Under the pieces are notes generated by a model. It made no database searches. It saw nothing but the letters and a program-made list of their open reading frames with translations, and was not told where the DNA came from. A program made the translations under genes and the position numbers. From IMG/VR virus record IMGVR_UViG_3300043099_000071: DNA of 64,000 nt; one strand, 5' to 3'. This DNA comes from an uncultured virus (IMG/VR IMGVR_UViG_3300043099_000071) (taxonomy: Duplodnaviria > Heunggongvirae > Uroviricota > Caudoviricetes). Of this stretch, positions 56,638 to 64,000 are shown piece by piece (the first letter of the stretch is position 1; every line of letters begins with the position of its first letter).

Positions 56638-57123
56638 ATGATGACGATGGTCTCAACGTTTCTGTCCTTTCTCGCAGGTGGGCTACCCAAGATCCTGCAA
56701 ATCTTCCAAGACCGGCAGGACAAGAAGCATGAGTTGGCTTTGGTGGCTGCCCAAAAGGAGCGTGAGTTGGCCTTGGCTGAGCGCGGCTTCATTGCTCAGG
56801 CACGGGTCGAAGAGATCAAGCTGGAGCAGATCCAGACTCAGACTGCCGCTGAAGAACGTCAGGCTCTGTATAACCACGACATCGAGATCGGCAAAGGCGC
56901 TTCGCAGTGGATGATCAACCTTCGTGCTTCAGTGCGTCCGGTTGTGACTTACATCTTTGTGTTGGAACTTGTTGCTATCAACATTGCTGGTGTTTGGTAC
57001 GCCTACAACACGGGTGTGCCGTTTGCCGCTGCGATGGCAGAAGTGTTCTCGGATGACGAGATGTTGATTCTGTCTTCGATTATCGCCTTCTGGTTTGGTA
57101 CGCAGGCTTTTGGCAAGAAGTGA
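56638..57123 (+). CDS. Holin-like membrane protein
   Basis: Hydrophobic segments, SVRPVVTY, FWFG; overlaps the lysozyme start. Confidence 0.7.
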   Translation: MMTMVSTFLSFLAGGLPKILQIFQDRQDKKHELALVAAQKERELALAERGFIAQARVEEIKLEQIQTQTAAEERQALYNHDIEIGKGASQWMINLRASVRPVVTYIFVLELVAINIAGVWYAYNTGVPFAAAMAEVFSDDEMLILSSIIAFWFGTQAFGKK

Positions 57124-57608
57124 AAGTCTCCAAGGCTGCCATTGACATGATCAAACATCACGAGGGTTTGCGGACCAAGCCTTACCGCTGCCCTGCCCTT
57201 TTGTGGACTGTCGGTGTCGGCCACGTGATTGATCCAAAACACACCGCTATCCCATTTAATGAACGCAAAGATCTACCGATACCCGCAGGGTGGGATCGCA
57301 CTCTCACGATGGACGAGGTGGACGGGATTCTTTCTCAAGACCTTGGCCGGTTTGAGCGTGGTGTGGTTCGACTTTGCCCTGCTGCTGTTGGCCGTCAGGG
57401 AGTCTTTGATGCTCTCGTATCTTTTGCCTTCAACGTGGGCCTCGGCAATCTCCAGCGTTCTTCCCTTCGGATGAAGACCAACCGAGGTGAACTGGAAGAG
57501 GCGGCTGACGAGTTTCTGAAATGGACGAAGGCAGGTGGTAGAGTTCTGCCGGGATTAGTTAAACGGCGCAACGACGAACGGGCGTTGTTCCTCTCGGGAG
57601 TAGCGTAA
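57120..57608 (+). CDS. Endolysin, GH24 lysozyme
   Basis: HEG...YRC...WTVGVGH (E-x8-C-x5-T), FDALVSFAFNVG, GLVKRR. Confidence 0.92.
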   Translation: MKVSKAAIDMIKHHEGLRTKPYRCPALLWTVGVGHVIDPKHTAIPFNERKDLPIPAGWDRTLTMDEVDGILSQDLGRFERGVVRLCPAAVGRQGVFDALVSFAFNVGLGNLQRSSLRMKTNRGELEEAADEFLKWTKAGGRVLPGLVKRRNDERALFLSGVA

Positions 57609-59905
57609 TGCCCCTTACAAAACTTGAATTCCGTCCGGGCATCAACAAAGAGTCTACGAGCTACGCCAACGAAGGCGGCTATTTTGCTTGTGACAAGGTG
57701 CGGTTTCGTTCGGGTTACGCTGAAAAGCTAGGTGGCTGGGTCAATCAGTCCAGCAATACCTTCCTCGGCATCTGCCACACCCTGTGGAACTGGGTCACGT
57801 TTGGCGGCAGCAACCTGCTGGGCTTTGGCACCAACTCCAAGTACTACATCGAGAACGGCGGTACCTATTACGACGTAACTCCGATTTTCTCTTCGGGCGT
57901 CATTGCTGCCAATCCGTTCACGACTACAAATGGTAGTTTACTTGTTACCGTCACCCAGTCCGGACATGGTTCCACGATTGGCTCATACGTAACTTTCTCT
58001 GGCGTAGCCAACAGCGGTGTTATCAACGGCATCAACTTTGACGACGAATTTGAAATTGTCGCTGTACCTACTTCCAACACGTATCAAATTGTTGCCCCGA
58101 ACGTAGCCACGGCTACGGGATCTGGCGGCGGATCGTTGGTTGTCTCGCAGTTACAAATTCCAGCAGGTCTATCGGTCTACTCCGGTGGCGTAGGCTGGGG
58201 TAAGCCGCCTTGGGGTGCAGGTGGATGGGGTTCTGCTGTGGCCGCAGGCACGGACTTGCGTTTGTGGTCGCAAGATAACTTCAACGACGACCTGATCTTT
58301 AACTACCGCCGTGGGCCAATCTATTACTGGGCGTTGGATTTGGCGAACTATGATCGTGCCAGACTGCTCTCAGATATAGCCAACGAGACTATCCGGGCTA
58401 CTACGACGGCTACGGTATCAGCTTCGGTTACGACAATTACGGTTGCTGACCCAACTGGGATTGAATCTGGCGCGGTTATCACGGGTAGTGGTATCGCTGC
58501 TGGCACGTACGTCACGACTGCTTATGACGGCGGATTCTCGGTGCCGTTGTCGGCCACCACGACTGGCTCGTTTACCATTTCTACTTTGACCATCAGCTAC
58601 GCTGGTCGGCATATCCCTGAGCAGACGAACCAAGTCCTGACCTCAAGCGTCAGCAACTTCACCATTTGCTTTGGTTCAAACCCGTACAGCCCTGCTACGT
58701 TTACGTCGGACTTTGACCCGATGTTGGTGCGCTGGTCAGACGCTGACAATGCTTACGACTGGGTTCCAACTGCACTCAACCAGTCAGGTGAACAACTTCT
58801 CTCGCACGGTTCATTTATTCAGTGCGCGGTTGATACCCGTCAGGAAATTTTGATCTGGACGGACGCTGCGTTGTTCTCGATGCAGTACCTCGGTCCTCCG
58901 TACGTGTGGGGTATCAACTTGTTGATGGACAATATCTCCATCATCTCCCCGAACGCTGCGATCACGGTCAACAACGTTACGTACTGGATGGGCGTAGACA
59001 AGTTCTACATGTACTCCGGTCGTGTTGAGACGCTGCCCTGCACCTTGCGTCAGTATGTTTATACCGATCTCAATACAAGCCAATACGGTCAGATCGTGTG
59101 CGGTACGAACGAAGGTTATAACGAGATCTGGTGGTTCTACCCGTCTGCCGATAGCCTCGTGAATAACCGATACGTCATCTACAACCATCTGGAACGTATT
59201 TGGTATTACGGCACGATTGATCGCACCGCTTGGCTTGACTCGCCGGGTCTGCGTACGTACCCGCTTGGCGTGTTTAGCCTTCAGAGTTCGTATCTGGATA
59301 CGGCTATCAACTCGTCTATCACCACCATATCGCTAGTGGATGCGTCGTCATATCCCAATGAAGGCACGATCACGATTGACTCGGAACAGATTACCTATAC
59401 CGGTAAAACTGGTAATACTCTCACTGGTTGTGTTCGCGGGGTTAATGGCACTACTGCTGCAAGCCATATTCAATACAGCGCGGTCGGGTTTAAAGTACCT
59501 AACCAAGTGATGCTGCATGAGTTTGGTAACGACGACGTATCTCAAAGCCCTTCACTGCCTATTGAGGCATACATTGAGTCGTCTGACTTTGATATCTCGG
59601 ACGGTGAGAACTTTGGTTATGTCTGGCGTATGTTGCCTGACCTTACTTTTGCAGGGTCTAACGTCAGCAGCCCGACTGTAACTTTGACGGTCAAGCCCCG
59701 ACAGAACTCGGGTAGCAATTACACGGCTGCTGATCAGCCTACTGTGACGCGCACTTCGACAATCCCGATTCAACAGTTTACGGGTCAGGTCTACACGCGA
59801 GTGCGCGGTCGTCAGATGGCGTTCCGTCTGGACTCGGTAGACAAGGGCGTGGCGTGGCAGATGGGTGCCATGCGTATTGATGTGAAACCGGACGGTCGTC
59901 GCTAG
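57608..59905 (+). CDS. Tail nozzle / DNA stabilisation protein (beta-propeller type)
   Basis: 765 aa beta-rich; VRWSD, IWTD, YWMG, EIWWFYPS. Confidence 0.7.
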   Translation: MPLTKLEFRPGINKESTSYANEGGYFACDKVRFRSGYAEKLGGWVNQSSNTFLGICHTLWNWVTFGGSNLLGFGTNSKYYIENGGTYYDVTPIFSSGVIAANPFTTTNGSLLVTVTQSGHGSTIGSYVTFSGVANSGVINGINFDDEFEIVAVPTSNTYQIVAPNVATATGSGGGSLVVSQLQIPAGLSVYSGGVGWGKPPWGAGGWGSAVAAGTDLRLWSQDNFNDDLIFNYRRGPIYYWALDLANYDRARLLSDIANETIRATTTATVSASVTTITVADPTGIESGAVITGSGIAAGTYVTTAYDGGFSVPLSATTTGSFTISTLTISYAGRHIPEQTNQVLTSSVSNFTICFGSNPYSPATFTSDFDPMLVRWSDADNAYDWVPTALNQSGEQLLSHGSFIQCAVDTRQEILIWTDAALFSMQYLGPPYVWGINLLMDNISIISPNAAITVNNVTYWMGVDKFYMYSGRVETLPCTLRQYVYTDLNTSQYGQIVCGTNEGYNEIWWFYPSADSLVNNRYVIYNHLERIWYYGTIDRTAWLDSPGLRTYPLGVFSLQSSYLDTAINSSITTISLVDASSYPNEGTITIDSEQITYTGKTGNTLTGCVRGVNGTTAASHIQYSAVGFKVPNQVMLHEFGNDDVSQSPSLPIEAYIESSDFDISDGENFGYVWRMLPDLTFAGSNVSSPTVTLTVKPRQNSGSNYTAADQPTVTRTSTIPIQQFTGQVYTRVRGRQMAFRLDSVDKGVAWQMGAMRIDVKPDGRR

Positions 59906-60507
59906 TGTCTATAACTAGCAAAAGACGAAACATCGTAAACCCAAGCTTGCCGGTAGCTCCGGTGAGCTATGAGCAGCGGTATCAGGATCAGTACAGCAAC
60001 GTCATGCGTCTGTACTTGAACCAAGTCAGTAACGCCGTCAACGCACCACGACCATACGGATCTTTTTACAGCAACGTCGATCAGACTAATCCTGTTGCCA
60101 ATGCTGTTAATTTGATGACGTATAACCAGACGGTTGATTTTTTTAACGTCAGTATCGGCGCTATCAACTCTCGTGTGTACGTAGCTGAAGAAGCTATCTA
60201 CAACATTCAGTTCTCCGCCCAGCTAGACAAGTCTGGTGGTAGTGCGTCTGCCGTATATATCTGGCTCAGGCTTAACGGTCAGAATGTTGCAAACAGCGCA
60301 ACTAAAGTTACTATCGACGGACCAAACTCTGAGATCGTGGCCGCATGGAATTTTGTGCTGCCTCTGGCTGAGAATGACTACTTTGAGCTTGCTTGGCAGT
60401 CGTCAGATACCAACGTGTTTCTGGCAGAAGAGCCTGCCTTGGGTAATGTCCCCGAGATCCCGTCCGTTATTCTGACCGTCACGTGGGTGTCCAATGTGTC
60501 GGTATGA
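59905..60507 (+). CDS. Tail structural protein
   Basis: 200 aa, YNIQFSAQL, IPSVILTV. Confidence 0.65.
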   Translation: MSITSKRRNIVNPSLPVAPVSYEQRYQDQYSNVMRLYLNQVSNAVNAPRPYGSFYSNVDQTNPVANAVNLMTYNQTVDFFNVSIGAINSRVYVAEEAIYNIQFSAQLDKSGGSASAVYIWLRLNGQNVANSATKVTIDGPNSEIVAAWNFVLPLAENDYFELAWQSSDTNVFLAEEPALGNVPEIPSVILTVTWVSNVSV

Positions 60508-60540
60508 AGTGTTAATATCAGCCCAAATTGACCCGGTGGG

Positions 60541-63500
60541 GTGAGTATGTACAACAACGACCCAAGATACACTAATCCCCCCGAGGCTGGGCTTGCCTCC
60601 CTTTTGGCTTCGCGTGGTCGGAATGGGGATTCTGTGCTTGTGCATATGGCTCCCGAGGAAGCGCAGGGTTTGCAGTCCTTGGCCGTCGCTCACGGCGGTA
60701 GCCTAACGGTCAATCCTCATACGGGGGCGCTTGAAGCCTCGTTCCTCAAGAAGATCCTGCCCCAGATCGCCGGTGCCGTATTGACTGGCGGATTTGGTAT
60801 GAATCCGTTTACTGCCGCAGCCACGGTAGGTGCAGTGACTGGGCTAGTTGAAGGTGATCTACAAAAAGGCTTAATGGCGGGTCTGGGTGCGTACAGCGGT
60901 GCCAATATTGCCGGTGCATTTAAAGCAGCGGGAACTCCAACTGCCCCCCCTGAGACAGGTAGCACAGTAAAAACAGAAGCTCCTCCGACCCCCAAGTTTG
61001 GCGCGGTTTCTACCAAGGATCAGATTCTGTACGGTGCACAGGGGCCACGTACATTTGATGTTGATCCACTCGCTCGTCAAAACTGGGCGGCGTCAAATAC
61101 CCCGACCGGTGCTGCACCAATTCAAGCGCAGACTACTGTCAAACCGCCTTCTACATCACCCTCTGGGCTTGGTGCGCTTGGGCAAGGTGTCCGTAATGTA
61201 TTCACGGGTCAAGAAGGTGCCGGTGGCAAGTTCATGGAAGCACTTGGCGGTCCGCTAAGTAAATACGCTACGTTTGCCGGGGCGATGATCCCATTTGCTG
61301 AAGAACCCAAGCCGTTGAATGTTCCGGGCATGGGCGAAGAAACTTTCTATGTGCCGGGTGGATTTAACCCGCTTTATGGCACGGGTGCTGATCAACCGTA
61401 TCAACTGCCGGGTAAGTACTACAAGCGCACCAAGAAAGGCGTTGTTCCTATTAATCCGTGGGGTCCGACCGGCATGGCGGCTGGCGGTCCAGTGCAAACG
61501 GCTAATCAAGATATGAACATGCCGATGCCGTATCCGCATCCGAACCAGAATTACCCGCTCTCTACGGTGGTCAAGGCTAACTACTCGCCACAGTATCTTT
61601 CAAACGTGCCACAGCCCCGCGAGGTGTTGTCTGGTTACGACACGAAGGTTGATCCATTTACGGGTGAAGAAAAGTTTGCGGCGGGTGGTGAGGCTACTAC
61701 TACTACCCAAGAAAATCCAAATGTAGTGGCTAACCGTAAGTACGTTGAAGAGCTTAATCGCCGTGCTTTGAATCCGGTAGTAAATCCATATGGAATGAAT
61801 TTCGCTGGGGGATTGGGCGGTACAAACACTCCGTGGACGGGTACCAATCCTTATGGTGGACCTTTAACTCCCCCGGCAGGTGGGACGACGGGTGGATCAA
61901 CGGGAGGCGGCGCGGGAGATGTCGCTGCCTTTCTGGCCACTCAAGTCGGTATGAATTGGATGATGCAACCCGGTAATGCGTTGGCATTGAAAAACTGGAT
62001 TTCTGGCGGTATGAAGTGGGCTGATCGTCCATTTTTGAACGCAGATAAAACCGCCGGGACTGGTACAGGAACAAATACCGGAACAGGCCAAACCGGTACT
62101 CAAACCGGTGGTGATACAACTGGGCAGACTCAAACTGGCGGCGATACTACTGGACAAACTCAAACTGGTAGTGGAGAAGGAACACCCCGCTTTGATCCAG
62201 TTAAAGGTATCGTAATTGCTGGGGGTACGAGCGCGGCTGCGATTGCAGCGGCCAAGGCTCTTGCTGCTCAAAAAGGCGTGCTTACAGTTACGCTTTTGGA
62301 CGGCACTGTTGTCGCAGGTGGAGGTGCCGCTGCTGGTGCAGGTGCGGGTGTCGGCGCTGCTGGCGCTGCGACTGGTGGTACGGGTGCTGCGACTGGTGGT
62401 ACGGGTGCTGCTACAACTGGAGCAGGTGCTGGTGGCGGAGCCGGGTCTTCAATCGGTAGTACGTTGGCTAAGGCCGCTCCGTATGCTGCGTTAGCACTTG
62501 GCGCACAACAAGCGTACCAAGGAATCAGCAAAGGTAGGGAAGGTCAGGCTGCGCTTGGCGGCGGTCTTGCTGGTGCTGGCGGTGCTGCGCTTGCAGGCAC
62601 GGGTGGATTTGGAAGCATGGCGGGTCTCGCCGCGCTTGGCCCTGCTGCATTGATCGGCGCGGGTATCGCTGCCATTGGGGCTTCGTTGGTCAATACTAAA
62701 GAACAGGGCGACATTGCTCTGCGTAATTACTGGAAAGCCGTTGACCAAGGTCGTGGATTGGGCAGTGCGCCGCCTGAAGAACTTGCAAACGGATTCATCA
62801 ACTTCTACCGCACCAACAAAAATGAGTTTGCTGGCCAAGAAAAATACGGACGCAAGGGTAACGAAGATTTTGTTTACGACATGACCCAGATCGTGAACAA
62901 CGCGGTGGATAAAGGTATTGTGTCGAAGGACGCGAGTGCCGAAGAGATCTACAAGAAGGCAGTGCAACCTTGGTTGAACACGATGGGTTCCGGTCCGAAA
63001 GATCCGAAAGCCCGTGCTATCCAAGACTTCATGATGACTGACTTAATCTACAACTTCATGCAGGGCAAACCGATCAGCAACGCGCAGGTCAAGGGCGACA
63101 AGAATTACAAGATTGTTAGCCAGAAGCCCGTCTTTGCTGGTAACGCCCCCGCCGTTGCCGCGACTAAATCAGTCATGGAAGAACCACAGTATGGCGCGGG
63201 CATGGGAGCATTTGACCCCTACAATCCATACGGTGCCACGATGCAGTTTGCTGATGGCGGTGCTATTGGTGAGGACTACAACTTCGGCTTTGCTCAAGGT
63301 GGTATGCCCGAGTACAAGGCTGGCGGTAAGTTGTTAGATGGTCCGGGCGATGGAATGTCTGACAGCATCCCTGCCGTGATTCGCGGTAAGGGTGTACAAC
63401 GTGCTGCGTTGGCTGATGGCGAGTTCGTCATCCCGGCTGATGTGGTATCGCATCTCGGTAATGGCTCCACCAAGGCAGGGGCCAAAAAGCTTTATCAAAT

Positions 63501-63582
63501 GATGGCGCAGGTTCGGAAGGCACGTACGGGCAAAACAAGACAAGCCCCTGCGGTGAAGACTGACCGATTCTTACCTGCTTAA
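60541..63582 (+). CDS. Large internal virion protein with repeated hydrophobic-[AK]-x-GG motifs
   Basis: 1013 aa; N-terminal GRNGDSVLVHM...NPHTGALEA; C-terminal GPGDGMSDSIPA...DGEFVIP; Gly/Thr low-complexity middle. Confidence 0.7.
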   Translation: MSMYNNDPRYTNPPEAGLASLLASRGRNGDSVLVHMAPEEAQGLQSLAVAHGGSLTVNPHTGALEASFLKKILPQIAGAVLTGGFGMNPFTAAATVGAVTGLVEGDLQKGLMAGLGAYSGANIAGAFKAAGTPTAPPETGSTVKTEAPPTPKFGAVSTKDQILYGAQGPRTFDVDPLARQNWAASNTPTGAAPIQAQTTVKPPSTSPSGLGALGQGVRNVFTGQEGAGGKFMEALGGPLSKYATFAGAMIPFAEEPKPLNVPGMGEETFYVPGGFNPLYGTGADQPYQLPGKYYKRTKKGVVPINPWGPTGMAAGGPVQTANQDMNMPMPYPHPNQNYPLSTVVKANYSPQYLSNVPQPREVLSGYDTKVDPFTGEEKFAAGGEATTTTQENPNVVANRKYVEELNRRALNPVVNPYGMNFAGGLGGTNTPWTGTNPYGGPLTPPAGGTTGGSTGGGAGDVAAFLATQVGMNWMMQPGNALALKNWISGGMKWADRPFLNADKTAGTGTGTNTGTGQTGTQTGGDTTGQTQTGGDTTGQTQTGSGEGTPRFDPVKGIVIAGGTSAAAIAAAKALAAQKGVLTVTLLDGTVVAGGGAAAGAGAGVGAAGAATGGTGAATGGTGAATTGAGAGGGAGSSIGSTLAKAAPYAALALGAQQAYQGISKGREGQAALGGGLAGAGGAALAGTGGFGSMAGLAALGPAALIGAGIAAIGASLVNTKEQGDIALRNYWKAVDQGRGLGSAPPEELANGFINFYRTNKNEFAGQEKYGRKGNEDFVYDMTQIVNNAVDKGIVSKDASAEEIYKKAVQPWLNTMGSGPKDPKARAIQDFMMTDLIYNFMQGKPISNAQVKGDKNYKIVSQKPVFAGNAPAVAATKSVMEEPQYGAGMGAFDPYNPYGATMQFADGGAIGEDYNFGFAQGGMPEYKAGGKLLDGPGDGMSDSIPAVIRGKGVQRAALADGEFVIPADVVSHLGNGSTKAGAKKLYQMMAQVRKARTGKTRQAPAVKTDRFLPA
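62101..62406 (+). repeat. Coding tandem repeats: 30 bp x2 (62101-62160, synonymously diverged) and 21 bp x2 (62365-62406, exact)
   Basis: QTGGDTTGQT x2; GCTGCGACTGGTGGTACGGGT x2. Confidence 0.85.
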
Positions 63583-63594
63583 TCGGGAGCGATC

Positions 63595-64000
63595 ATGGCT
63601 ACTGATCCGACATACGTTGAACAAGTTCAATCCAACATCCCGGCATGGATGCAGAAATACGCTGACCAGCTTTTGGGTAGTGTGTTTGGAGCACAAGATC
63701 CCACAACAGGGAAATTTGTACCCGGCTTGATCGGTCAGGGCTATCAGCCCTACATGGTTCCCAAGCGGGATGCTCAAGGCAACATCCTCAAAGACGAAGC
63801 TGGTAAGCCGATCATGCAGCCGGGGCAACGCACGGCTGAGTTTGTTCCTTTACAGGATCAGGCATTTAACAACCTTGCTGGAATGGGCGTCAGTCCCGAA
63901 CTTGGTCAGGCTGCTGAGATCGCTCGACGTGTTGGTTCCGCAGCAAACTATCCGGCTTACGTACCTGCTGCTGAGCGGCAGTTTTATACCGATCCTACGT
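63595..64000 (+). CDS. 5' part (partial) of the internal protein continued at 12..1535
   Basis: GGGAG RBS; MATDPTYVEQ...YQPYMVPKRDAQGNILKDEAGKP matches the window start. Confidence 0.85.
   Translation, partial: MATDPTYVEQVQSNIPAWMQKYADQLLGSVFGAQDPTTGKFVPGLIGQGYQPYMVPKRDAQGNILKDEAGKPIMQPGQRTAEFVPLQDQAFNNLAGMGVSPELGQAAEIARRVGSAANYPAYVPAAERQFYTDPT
63743..64000 (+). repeat. Diverged direct repeat of positions 1-258
   Basis: First 31 nt identical, about 49 mismatches in 258 nt, no indels (hand alignment). Confidence 0.95.

Noticed and set aside
57611..57630. Seventh palindrome copy (CCCCTTACAAAACTTGAA)
   Set aside because: Only one half-site, wrong spacing, inside a coding start

Overview
The window is essentially one complete tailed dsDNA phage genome, podovirus-like because no tape measure or tail tube gene is recognisable. 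The unit length is about 63,742 bp: positions 63743-64000 repeat positions 1-258 as a diverged allele (about 81% identical by my hand alignment). There are two opposed arms. The minus-strand early/replication arm (32330 down to 8980) has sigma70-type promoters, six copies of a 20-bp palindrome, an AAA/VWA-metallopeptidase module, a methyltransferase plus glycosyltransferase cluster, GNAT, HNH, family A DNA polymerase, Cas4-like exonuclease, SNF2 helicase, an SSB-like protein and a primase-helicase. The plus-strand late arm (32748 to the end, wrapping to 8983) has terminase, portal, GroES, scaffold, a Mu-gpT-like capsid protein, a run of small basic proteins, adaptors, several tail fibres, holin and lysozyme, a nozzle protein and large internal/ejection proteins. 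I found no integrase, tRNA, CRISPR array or reverse transcriptase. The most interesting signals are: (i) a shared C-terminal peptide tag and a recurring hydrophobic-[AKR]-x-G-G motif concentrated in putative head-internal proteins, a candidate cargo addressing and processing code; (ii) a palindrome plus promoter-hairpin cassette network around an IHF-flanked origin-like region; (iii) two highly structured intergenic RNAs; (iv) a TPR/dual-glycosyltransferase locus. All protein calls come from motif recognition by eye, not from database searches.
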